From positions 25,450 to 89,449 of the forward strand of contig CAMHSJ010000006.1 in assembly GCA_946187935.1 (NCBI GenBank): DNA of 64,000 nucleotides. The letters run 5' to 3'. How positions within the stretch are numbered: position 1 is the first letter of the stretch; each line of letters opens with the position of its first letter. Made by a program: the position numbers and the translations under genes. Shown here piece after piece: positions 27,716 through 36,598 of the stretch. The DNA comes from an uncultured Clostridia bacterium. Lineage in GTDB: Bacteria > Bacillota > Clostridia > Saccharofermentanales > Saccharofermentanaceae. Below the pieces are notes generated by a model. It worked only from the letters and a program-made list of their open reading frames with translations. It had not been told where the DNA came from and did no database searches.

Positions 27716-28753
27716 ATGAAACGCATGGTAAAGACGGGATTTTCGAGAAGCACGGCAGCTACAGTTGCTGTCATACTCATGTGCAGCATCGTGATCGGTG
27801 CATGTGCGGTCGACTATGACAAGTTAAGCGACGGCATCGACAGTGTATCTGACGGTATAAACCAGATAGCGGGCTATACCGAAGAAACGGAAGAGGACAT
27901 AGACGAACCGGAAGAGACAGCCGAGAAGGAAGCCATTCCCACGGTTACGCCTGAGCCTACACAGACTCCCACACCTACTCCTACGCCGACGCCTACCCCC
28001 ACTCCGACTCCCACTCCCACACCTGTGATCGAGAGAGTTGATTTCTCCGAGCTTACGACTGTGCCCATAACGGCTGACTTCTCGGTCGAGTACGAAGAGT
28101 TCAGTGAGACATATCTTACAGAAGACGGCGACGGACTTGTGACATTCTCCGGCACAAGAGCTCTTGTTACCGACAATGATAACGAGTCAGTCCAGAACGC
28201 GATCAACATGATAACCGACGGCGTTTATTCTGAAGCTGAGGGCATCTATAAGAGGATCTCAAGTGAGCTTCAGGCTGAATATGAACTCACGGGCGTTCTT
28301 CCCGAAGAACCTTATGCGGTTACTGTATCTTACGAGGATTCCGATAACGGCAGGCTCTACACGGTGATCATCTCATACGAGTATACCGTTGACGGTGAAG
28401 GCAATACTGAAGGTTATACCTACAGCGCGACATTTGACATGCTCACAGGCCAGTACATCAACATCAACACTATAGCGATAGAACCTGCTGCTCTTAATGA
28501 GGCATTTGCGCTCAAGCTCTCATCAGACCTTAACGCTCTGCCTGAGACAGAGGACGGTCCCGTATTTGATAAGAAGGTAAAGCCGGAAGAGGTCTCCAAC
28601 CTGTTCATCTGCGCGCAGCAGTCAGGCCGCGGAATAGCAGCTGCCGTTATCTACGGTGAGGTAAGAGGAGAGGTATATCACACAACGATCGACTTGAACG
28701 ATTATCAGGGTTACTTAAACAGATACGGAGCCCTGGTGTTCGGCGTTGAATGA
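27716..28753 (+). CDS. Acidic lipoprotein with Pro-Thr linker and possible DUF4163/DUF3298-like domain
   Basis: Lipobox IGAC, PT repeat, ATFDMLTGQYINI motif. Confidence 0.65.
   Translation: MKRMVKTGFSRSTAATVAVILMCSIVIGACAVDYDKLSDGIDSVSDGINQIAGYTEETEEDIDEPEETAEKEAIPTVTPEPTQTPTPTPTPTPTPTPTPTPTPVIERVDFSELTTVPITADFSVEYEEFSETYLTEDGDGLVTFSGTRALVTDNDNESVQNAINMITDGVYSEAEGIYKRISSELQAEYELTGVLPEEPYAVTVSYEDSDNGRLYTVIISYEYTVDGEGNTEGYTYSATFDMLTGQYININTIAIEPAALNEAFALKLSSDLNALPETEDGPVFDKKVKPEEVSNLFICAQQSGRGIAAAVIYGEVRGEVYHTTIDLNDYQGYLNRYGALVFGVE
27947..28024 (+). repeat. (Thr-Pro)n linker coding repeat
   Basis: TPEPTQTPTPTPTPTPTPTPTPTP encoded with varied codons. Confidence 0.9.
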
Positions 28754-28767
28754 GCGGTTTGCACAGA

Positions 28768-28844
28768 CATGCCGGGCATGAAAGTGTGGCATTGAACTGA
28801 TTGCATAAAAAATGATTGCATATCTGTGTAAATTGTTGTAATAT
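28768..28844 (+). promoter_or_regulatory. Promoter of sugar ABC operon with candidate operators
   Basis: TTGCAT(28816)-N17-TAATAT(28839); direct repeat TGATTGCATA at 28798 and 28813; palindrome CATGCC-G-GGCATG 28768-28780. Confidence 0.6.
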
Positions 28845-28980
28845 GCACTTGTAAGAATTCGCGTTTTAGACATTTTGTGTCTACGGCAGGCGGATCGCGG
28901 GAGAGGGAAAGCCTCAGCGCAAGCGGCTTTTGGTCCTAACGGACAGAAAATAAAACCTTATTAATGAGGAGGCAAAACAA

Positions 28981-30375
28981 ATGAAGACAAAGAAGATTAT
29001 TGCTTTGACATTGTCATTGGCAATGGTTCTTGGTGTTGTTGCAGCTTGTAATAAGACTGATGAGTCTGACGCATCTGCAGCTTCTGATGCTTCTGCTGCT
29101 ACTTCTGCAGCTGCATCCGGCGCTACAACAGCAGCACCTGAATCTCAGGCTCCCGAAGCTCAGGTTTCTGAGTACACAGAGCTGACTGTTGCTGATGTTT
29201 CTGATGAGGGCGATGGCGTACTCGTATACGGCTGGAACGATGAGTTCCCTGGTCTCGTAGCTAAGTATTCCAGTGTTGACATCGGAGATCCTGTTCTTAC
29301 AGAGTCCAACAGCTATCAGGCAAAGCTTGACCAGGTTCTTGATTCTGGTGAAGACGCTCCTGACCTCTTTGTATGCGATGCAGACTATGCTTCTAAGTAC
29401 ATGAACTCTGACAACACTCTCCCTATCAACGACCTCGGCATTGCTTACTCTGAGCTTTCTGAAATGTACAACTACACACTTCAGTTCGCTACAGACGATG
29501 ACAATGTAATCAAGGGTCTCGCTTGGCAGGCTTGCCCTTGCGGTGTTTTCTACAACAGAACACTCGCAGAGACATACCTCGGCACACAGGATCCTGACGA
29601 GCTCGCAGCTAAGTTCGCTACATGGGATGATTTCCTTGAATCCGCTCGTGAAGTAAATGAAGCTTCTAACGGCGAAGTTAAGATCGTTTCCGGTATGGAC
29701 GATATCTGGAGAGCTTATCTCAACACACGTTCACAGGGTTGGATCGTAGACGGTGAGCTCTACATCGATCCCGTAATGGAAGACTACTTCGATATGGCTA
29801 AGGCTCTCTACGATGAAGGTCTCACATTCGAGACATCACAGTGGGGCGAGGCTTGGAGCGCTAACATGGCTAACAAGTCTGTAGTTACATATTGGGGACC
29901 TATGTGGCTCTTAAACTTCTGCATGGGCTTCCAGGATGGTTCTAACCCTACACAGGGTGACTGGGGAATCACAACTGCTCCTGGTAACTTCTTCTGGGGC
30001 GGCACATGGATGATGGCTTCTCAGTACTGCGACATGAAGGCTTCTTGCGCTCAGATCATGAGAGACATCGCTATCGACGAAGCTAACCTCCAGGATATGG
30101 CTGAAGGCGGCGAGTTCGTTAACAACATCTCTATCATGACAGCTCTGGCTTCTGACGATTCTTTCGGCGTTGCTAACCTCGGCGGACAGAACCCTCTCGC
30201 AGCTCTCCTTGCAGCAGCTACAACAATCGACAACTCAACAGTTGGCGAGAACGACCAGGCAATCAACGATGCATTCAACACTGTCGTAAATTCTTACGTA
30301 CAGGGCGACATCGCTTCTGTTCCTGATGCTGAGACTCAGTTCGAGGCAGCTCTTGAGGAAGCTGGAATTATCTAA
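28981..30375 (+). CDS. Carbohydrate ABC transporter substrate-binding lipoprotein
   Basis: Lipobox VAAC, Ser/Ala/Thr linker, APDLF, FYNR.LA, YWGPMW, FWGGTW; followed by two CUT1 permeases. Confidence 0.92.
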   Translation: MKTKKIIALTLSLAMVLGVVAACNKTDESDASAASDASAATSAAASGATTAAPESQAPEAQVSEYTELTVADVSDEGDGVLVYGWNDEFPGLVAKYSSVDIGDPVLTESNSYQAKLDQVLDSGEDAPDLFVCDADYASKYMNSDNTLPINDLGIAYSELSEMYNYTLQFATDDDNVIKGLAWQACPCGVFYNRTLAETYLGTQDPDELAAKFATWDDFLESAREVNEASNGEVKIVSGMDDIWRAYLNTRSQGWIVDGELYIDPVMEDYFDMAKALYDEGLTFETSQWGEAWSANMANKSVVTYWGPMWLLNFCMGFQDGSNPTQGDWGITTAPGNFFWGGTWMMASQYCDMKASCAQIMRDIAIDEANLQDMAEGGEFVNNISIMTALASDDSFGVANLGGQNPLAALLAAATTIDNSTVGENDQAINDAFNTVVNSYVQGDIASVPDAETQFEAALEEAGII

Positions 30376-30410
30376 TTCTTAACCGGATTAAATAATTAAC
30401 TAGGTACTTG

Positions 30411-30449
30411 TGCGGGGCAGGGACAAAACCCTGTCCCGCATTTCCTTTT
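30411..30449 (+). terminator. Stem-loop between SBP and permease genes
   Basis: TGCGGGGCAGGG-ACAAAA-CCCTGTCCCGCA then TTTCCTTTT. Confidence 0.75.
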
Positions 30450-30510
30450 AACTGACAACAACAATTACAACAACTTATTCACTATTGGCAAAATTTGGAG
30501 AGTAACAAAG

Positions 30511-32961
30511 ATGGCAAATACGAACAGAAACCATAAGGGTATGAGCTATACCCGTTTTGGATATATTTTCGTCGCGCCGTTTGTAATTGCATACTGCATC
30601 TTCAGCCTCTATCCGCTCCTTACCACATTCTGGTATTCAACAGCGAACATGCAGGCTACAACTTCAGGTTTCTGGGGTTTCTCAAATAAAGAAGTTTATT
30701 ATGACCGTTATCTTGACTTAAACGAAGTTTACGACGATCTTTCCAAGGTAGACATCGATTCTGCCGGCTATAACAAGATCAAGAACTTCTTCTCAACTCA
30801 GGACTATGCGGACAGATATAAGCCTCTTGATGAAGATGGCATCAATGCAATTATAAGCATTGGAACTTCTGCAGGATTCTCATCGACAACAGTTTCTGAA
30901 CTTCAGGCTGCTCTCGATCAGAATGATGTAGGACAGATTTCACAGGCAAGTTACGAAGAACTCAAGAACTGGAGAAAAGGATTCTCTGACGTTACTATCA
31001 CACTGACAGATAAGCTCTCAAGCTACAGCAACGCGCTCGACAGCATCGTTAATGCCGAGACAGCTGAAGAAGGTGAAGAGGAAACAACTGTCACACCTGA
31101 AGTCATCATCGCAAGTGACAACTATGTCAAGTTTGTCGAGAGCTTAGAAACTCTTGATCTTAGCGCTGATCAGCAGATCCTTGTAGACTATCTCCTTTCC
31201 AAGACATCTTATACATCCCTCAAGGATTATTTTGATGCAATCACAGACGGTGAAGCTTCTATGGCTGACCCGGCTTTCTACTATCTGATCTCTAACCTCA
31301 ATTCACCTTCCGTTACAAACGAAGCAGGCGAGAAGATTGAGGCTATTTCTGTTTCTTTCATCGGTGATGTTGAGACATATCTCAAGTCCGAGGTCTGGAA
31401 GGACACGATCAACAATTCAAACTCTTACTCAGAGCTTGCAGATTACATTTCAGGTGACAAGGCACTCACTGAAAACATGGATCAGCTCTATGCTGATATC
31501 AAGGATTTCAATGATGCCGGAATCATCAGTGCTGAAGTTCTTACTATCAAGGACGGCGAAGTAGTTGTTTCAGACGATCAGTCAGGCGACAACTTCCTCG
31601 CAGTTTACGATAAGAACTATGTAAGCGCAGACACAGCTTATCAGTCAAATCCTGATGAGATCGCTGCAGCTATGCAGATCTCTAACCTCGGTTCTTACTA
31701 TGAACTCGGTGCAAGAACAAAGCTGGTAGCTATGGGCGTTGAAATCGATAAGTACATTTCTTACGGCAGCAAGTTCGACATCAGCAAGTATAAGGATTAC
31801 AAGGCTTCAGTAGGCATGGCTGACGTTCTCACAATGGCTAAGTACAACGAGATCGATGAACTGCGTAAGGCTGAGCGTGTTGAGAAGGCTAAGGCCAAGA
31901 TCGAAGAAGCTGAGGCTAAGCTCCCTGAAGTTCAGGCTGCTTACGATGCAGCTATCGCAGCTGATACAGCTGCAGGCATCGAGAATCCTGCTTCTGTTGT
32001 AAACACAGATTCTTACAAGGCATATGCTGCTTTAAGAGCAGTTGAGCTCACTATCCAGAAGAACGAGTCCATCGTTTCTGACCCTAAGGGCGTTCTCGAG
32101 GAAGTTAACGCTAAGAAGATGTTCATCTCCGTTGGTCTTGACAACTATAAGGAGATCTTCAGCAACAAGACGAGATTCAGCTATGTAGCAGGTGCATTTG
32201 TTACTACAGCAGTTATGTGGATCATCGGTTTCATCCCTCAGATCCTCCTCGCGCTCTTGCTCTCCGCATGGTTCACAGACGTTAAGCTCAGCCTTAAGGG
32301 TCTTAACGCGATGAAGGCTTTGATGTACCTGCCTAACGTTATCACGGCAGCTACTATCGCTATCTTCTTCAGAAGACTCTTCGCTTATTCATCAGGCGGC
32401 GCTCTTTCTGCATCACAGCTCGTACTCCGTGCGTTCGGTGATAAGGATGGTTACAACTTCTTTGCAAGCCCTTGGGCAACAAGATTCATCGTATGCTTCA
32501 TCAACTTCTGGATGTGGTATGGTAACACAATGATCGTTCTCATTGCAGGTATCACATCTATCAATGAGTCGATCTATGAATCTGCACAGCTCGACGGTGC
32601 AAGCTCATTCCAGACTTACACGAAGATAACGCTCCCGCTTCTGAGACCTATCATCCTCTACACATTGGTTACTTCCCTCATCGGTGGTCTCCAGATGTTC
32701 GATATCCCTCAGAACCTCAACATGAACCCTGCACTTGTTAACTTCAACGGCGTAATGATCCCTTCGATCAGAACAGTCCTTATGTACGTTAACAACGCAG
32801 CATTCGGTAAGCAGGACGTCAAGCTCGTAGGTATCGCTTCTGCGGTTTCCGTACTCCTGTTCATCGTAACATCACTCCTTTCCATCTTCATCTTCTACAT
32901 CATGAGAGATAAGGATGCTGCAAAGGCTAAGAAACTTATGAAGAGGGGAGGTACAAAGTAA
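30511..32961 (+). CDS. Carbohydrate ABC permease (MalF-like) with ~480-aa extracytoplasmic insertion
   Basis: TM1 GYIFVAPF...YPLL; VGLDNY at aa 541; EAA loop IYESAQLDGA; ITLPLLRP; FDIP. Confidence 0.92.
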   Translation: MANTNRNHKGMSYTRFGYIFVAPFVIAYCIFSLYPLLTTFWYSTANMQATTSGFWGFSNKEVYYDRYLDLNEVYDDLSKVDIDSAGYNKIKNFFSTQDYADRYKPLDEDGINAIISIGTSAGFSSTTVSELQAALDQNDVGQISQASYEELKNWRKGFSDVTITLTDKLSSYSNALDSIVNAETAEEGEEETTVTPEVIIASDNYVKFVESLETLDLSADQQILVDYLLSKTSYTSLKDYFDAITDGEASMADPAFYYLISNLNSPSVTNEAGEKIEAISVSFIGDVETYLKSEVWKDTINNSNSYSELADYISGDKALTENMDQLYADIKDFNDAGIISAEVLTIKDGEVVVSDDQSGDNFLAVYDKNYVSADTAYQSNPDEIAAAMQISNLGSYYELGARTKLVAMGVEIDKYISYGSKFDISKYKDYKASVGMADVLTMAKYNEIDELRKAERVEKAKAKIEEAEAKLPEVQAAYDAAIAADTAAGIENPASVVNTDSYKAYAALRAVELTIQKNESIVSDPKGVLEEVNAKKMFISVGLDNYKEIFSNKTRFSYVAGAFVTTAVMWIIGFIPQILLALLLSAWFTDVKLSLKGLNAMKALMYLPNVITAATIAIFFRRLFAYSSGGALSASQLVLRAFGDKDGYNFFASPWATRFIVCFINFWMWYGNTMIVLIAGITSINESIYESAQLDGASSFQTYTKITLPLLRPIILYTLVTSLIGGLQMFDIPQNLNMNPALVNFNGVMIPSIRTVLMYVNNAAFGKQDVKLVGIASAVSVLLFIVTSLLSIFIFYIMRDKDAAKAKKLMKRGGTK

Positions 32962-33839
32962 TGAGTAATAATGAAACCAAGCTCAAGAGTAAAGCAGCTT
33001 CGATCAAGGCTTACAGTACACTCGTTTACGTAGTAGTTATCTTCTTCGCGATCCTCGCAGTAATCCCTTTCTGGTTCATGTTCATGAACGCTACATGGGA
33101 TTCCTTCTCGATCCAGTCAGGCATCAAGCTCTGGCCTCAGATCCCCGGTGGTATCAAGCAGCTTATTACAAACTGGTCTAACCTCCAGGCAAGAGCGTCA
33201 TTCAGCTTCCCTGTCGGATTCCTGAACTCATTCATTATCTCTACATCAGCAACTGCTCTTACAGTTTACTTCTCAGCTATGACTGCATACGGTCTCTCCG
33301 TATACAGCTTCAAGGGACAGAAGACATTGTTCGCAGTTATCGTAGGCGTAATGATGGTTCCTACAGCAGTAAACATCACAGGTTTCTACCGCGAGATGAG
33401 TGCTATGCACCTCCTCGGAACAAAGTGGCCTTTGATCCTCCCCGCTATTGCAGCACCTTCAACTGTATTCTTTATTAAGCAGTATCTTGATACTTCACTT
33501 TCTAAGGAGATCATTGAGGCTTCGAGAATCGACGGCGCAGGCGAGTTCTTTACATTCAACAGGATCTGCCTCCCTATCATGGTTCCGGCTCTCGCTACAC
33601 AGGGTATCTTCAGCTTCCTCGGATCTTGGAACAACTTCTTCGCTCCTTCGATCCTCTTAAGCAAGAACGAAGATAAGACGATCCCTTTGATGGTAGCTCA
33701 GCTCTACGGTGACCGTTACGTAGACTACGGTATGATCTATACGGGTCTTTCAGCATCCGTATTCCCGATCATCGTTGTTTACATCTTCCTGCAGCGTTAC
33801 ATCATTTCCGGTGTATCCGCAGGCGGTGTCAAGGAGTAA
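32961..33839 (+). CDS. Carbohydrate ABC permease (MalG-like)
   Basis: NSFIIS, AYG, MMVP, EAA loop EIIEASRIDGA, WNNFF. Confidence 0.95.
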   Translation: MSNNETKLKSKAASIKAYSTLVYVVVIFFAILAVIPFWFMFMNATWDSFSIQSGIKLWPQIPGGIKQLITNWSNLQARASFSFPVGFLNSFIISTSATALTVYFSAMTAYGLSVYSFKGQKTLFAVIVGVMMVPTAVNITGFYREMSAMHLLGTKWPLILPAIAAPSTVFFIKQYLDTSLSKEIIEASRIDGAGEFFTFNRICLPIMVPALATQGIFSFLGSWNNFFAPSILLSKNEDKTIPLMVAQLYGDRYVDYGMIYTGLSASVFPIIVVYIFLQRYIISGVSAGGVKE

Positions 33840-33868
33840 TACTTCCGTCGGATCAACCCGAACAACTT

Positions 33869-33904
33869 ACAGCGCTTCTCTTAACAGGGAGGCGCTGTTT
33901 TTTG
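33869..33904 (+). terminator. Rho-independent terminator of ABC operon
   Basis: ACAGCGCTTCTCT-TAAC-AGGGAGGCGCTGT then T run. Confidence 0.85.
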
Positions 33905-33949
33905 TTTGCACGATAGAATAATCAGGCGTTATGTGAGATAATCCCCTCT

Positions 33950-36031
33950 ATGGGTTATAAGGTTAAACACAGACGCGGTAGACCCGGGGATAGGAAGAAG
34001 CGCGTCATAAGAAATGTTCTTATCACACTTGCGGTAATACTGGTGCTCCTGGGCGCCGGTCTTTTCGCGGGTTATAACTACTATAATTCCGCAATGAAGC
34101 TCAAGGGCGAGGCTAACATGCTCAAGAGCTCACTGGCTCTCTGCCTGTCATCTCTTAAGACAGGGGATACGGTTGCTGCAGATAATGCGATCGCAGTCAT
34201 TGATGAGACATCCCATACGATGAGGCAGGAACTTGAGAAGAGCAAGTGGAAGATCCCCTGCATGATACCTAAGATAGGACAGGATTTTGACACATGCATC
34301 ATGTGTCTGGATCTTGTTGATAAGGCATCAGAGACTCTGCTCAAACCCGCATCAGCAATGATAAAGCAGTCAGGCATGCCGACGGCTGACATTATAGATC
34401 TTGACAACATGGGTCCAGAACTTGGAGATAAGCTCTATCAGTATGCAGACATGATAGATGCCCTCTGTCCTGCGATAGACAGCCTTATGACGGATCTGGA
34501 AAGCATCCCTGCATTTAACACGCCTCAGCTTGAGGAAGTAATGACCAAGTACAGGTCGCTGCCTGCACAGACAAAAGAGACCATGCCTCTTATCGAGAGA
34601 ATGCCATCCGAGTTCTTAAGGCCTGCAGCCGACGTAATGTGCGCAAAGCCGTTCAGCTCCCTTAAGGCTGACGGCGGCATAGATACTACGGTAATACTGG
34701 CCTATATGGAGTTAGAAGATGAGATCAGGCCCTTTATTGGTGAGGTTCAGAATGAGCTGAGCGAAGGAACGCTTTTGAAGGATAATCCTGACCAGCAGGC
34801 CAAGCTCACTAACAAGCTCGATGAGATGGCAGAGCTCTTGGACAAGCTCGACCGCTACGAACCGCTCATGAAGGCATTCATAGGTGACGGCACGGACAAG
34901 ATGTATCTTATAGTTGCCCAGAACAGTGCTGAGCTTCGTGCCTGCGGCGGTTTCCCGGGGCAGGTGGGCACGGTAACGATAGAAGACGGCATCTTAAGAT
35001 TCGGAGATTTCACTTCAGTAGTAAACGTCATTCCTCAGGACTTCGATCCGTCGATAGAATTCGAACCCGCAGAATCAGATCTTTTCCTCGACAACTGGTA
35101 TATCGCAAAGGCGAGGAGCGCATCGGCAAATCCTCACTTCCCGAGAGTTGCTGAGATCTGGGCATCTTCATATGCTCTTGATTCAGGCATAACGCCTGAC
35201 GGAGTCATTTCATTGACACCACACATCATCCAGAGTCTGATGGCCATTACGGGTCCTGTGACGTTGTCAAACGGTGTTACGCTCGATCAGGATTACTGCG
35301 TTTGGTATCTCCAGCACGATGTGTATTTCGAATACTTTGGCGACCCTCAGTACAGGGGAGAAGCAAATGATATAACGGACGCGCTTTTCGCTGAGACTGC
35401 AAATGCCGTGGAAGACAAGCTCATGGAAGATCCGAGCATCAAGAATTCACTGGCTCTTCTTGAGATACTTGAAGCATCATCAGATGACCGCGTGTTCATG
35501 ATGTGGATGGCTGATGAAACTGAGCAGGAGACCGTAAGGCAGCTTGGGTATTCAGGAAGTCTTAACTATGATCCGGAAAACCCTGAGATCGGCGTGTTCT
35601 ACAGCATCAATGCAGCTAACCGCTTAGGACCTTATGTCAACCTGGATGTTCAGGTCGGAGAAGGCACCGAGACAGGATCAGGTGAAGTCACATATCCTGT
35701 AACGGTAACTCTTAAGAATACGATCGATGATGCAACGGTTGAGTTCGGAAGGGGCAACGGTTACCTGACAAGTTCAAGATATGCAGGCGACATGAAGTCC
35801 GTTATCTATTTCTTTGCACCTGCAGGCGGCTCGATCGATCCTGTTGAAAACGATGCTGATATCAAGATGAGCGAGAATGAATATATGGGTCTTGATGTCT
35901 TCTATAACACGAAGTTCTATGTTAAGCCCGGTGAGACAGTCGTTTTTACTTATAACGTAACATGCCAGGCAGGCACAGAGCCTGTAGTCAGAGTTACGCC
36001 TACTCTTACTGAATACAACACTGAAGGATGA
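33950..36031 (+). CDS. DUF4012-like membrane-anchored protein
   Basis: Basic N-term plus one TM, helical region, YLIVAQNSAELRACGGFPG, SANPHFP, DGVISL motifs. Confidence 0.75.
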   Translation: MGYKVKHRRGRPGDRKKRVIRNVLITLAVILVLLGAGLFAGYNYYNSAMKLKGEANMLKSSLALCLSSLKTGDTVAADNAIAVIDETSHTMRQELEKSKWKIPCMIPKIGQDFDTCIMCLDLVDKASETLLKPASAMIKQSGMPTADIIDLDNMGPELGDKLYQYADMIDALCPAIDSLMTDLESIPAFNTPQLEEVMTKYRSLPAQTKETMPLIERMPSEFLRPAADVMCAKPFSSLKADGGIDTTVILAYMELEDEIRPFIGEVQNELSEGTLLKDNPDQQAKLTNKLDEMAELLDKLDRYEPLMKAFIGDGTDKMYLIVAQNSAELRACGGFPGQVGTVTIEDGILRFGDFTSVVNVIPQDFDPSIEFEPAESDLFLDNWYIAKARSASANPHFPRVAEIWASSYALDSGITPDGVISLTPHIIQSLMAITGPVTLSNGVTLDQDYCVWYLQHDVYFEYFGDPQYRGEANDITDALFAETANAVEDKLMEDPSIKNSLALLEILEASSDDRVFMMWMADETEQETVRQLGYSGSLNYDPENPEIGVFYSINAANRLGPYVNLDVQVGEGTETGSGEVTYPVTVTLKNTIDDATVEFGRGNGYLTSSRYAGDMKSVIYFFAPAGGSIDPVENDADIKMSENEYMGLDVFYNTKFYVKPGETVVFTYNVTCQAGTEPVVRVTPTLTEYNTEG

Positions 36032-36041
36032 GTCTTTAATA

Positions 36042-36098
36042 TTGCTAATTCCCATAATCCGCTGTATTATTGCAACTAAATAATAGTTGCAGCGGAGG
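36042..36098 (+). promoter_or_regulatory. Promoter, palindromic operator and RBS of hicB
   Basis: TTGCTA-N17-TATTAT; TGCAACTA-N5-TAGTTGCA 36071-36091; GGAGG 36094-36098. Confidence 0.7.
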
Positions 36099-36103
36099 CT
36101 TTA

Positions 36104-36469
36104 ATGAGTAACATGGGAAATCTTTTAGAGTACAAAGGCTATCACGCCACAGTTGTATATGATGTTGAGAGTTCGATGCTTCACGGCAAGATATTGGGAA
36201 TAAACGATCTGGTTACTTTTGAAAGTGACAGTTCACGTGAGATCGTAAAAGAGTTCCATTCTGCGGTTGATGAATATCTCGATTTTTGTGTTGAGGTCGG
36301 CAAGGAGCCTGAGAAAGAGTATAAAGGCAGCTTCAATATCCGCATTGAACCTGAAATGCATAAGAATCTGTCTTTGATTGCTTCTTCAAATTCGGAATCG
36401 CTCAACAGCTGCGTGGAGCGTGCTTTGAAAATGTATCTTGAACTTGAAACAATGAAAGAAGCAGACTGA
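36104..36469 (+). CDS. hicB: HicB-family antitoxin (no adjacent hicA)
   Basis: LEYKGY...LHGKILGINDLVTFE...FHSAVDEYL..C...KEPEKEYKGSFNIRI.PEMH (HicB + RHH). Confidence 0.9.
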   Translation: MSNMGNLLEYKGYHATVVYDVESSMLHGKILGINDLVTFESDSSREIVKEFHSAVDEYLDFCVEVGKEPEKEYKGSFNIRIEPEMHKNLSLIASSNSESLNSCVERALKMYLELETMKEAD

Positions 36470-36527
36470 CAAAAGGAACGCTGCTTATTCCTTATTTTTA
36501 AATTTACAGATTTGATAAAAGTCTTTG

Positions 36528-36570
36528 TTCAATATTCACGACTCATAGTGTAAAATGTAAGAACATTTTA
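36528..36570 (+). promoter_or_regulatory. Promoter and palindromic operator upstream of cellobiose phosphorylase
   Basis: TTCAAT-N17-TAAAAT; TAAAATGT-AAGA-ACATTTTA 36551-36570. Confidence 0.55.
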
Positions 36571-36598
36571 TGAAAATTTACTGTACGGAGGCACAACT

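Noticed and set aside
28860-28960. c-di-GMP-I (GEMM) riboswitch in the ABC leader
   Set aside because: Only loose echoes; the GGCAAA core and GAAA-receptor geometry are missing. Kept only as an unclassified structured leader
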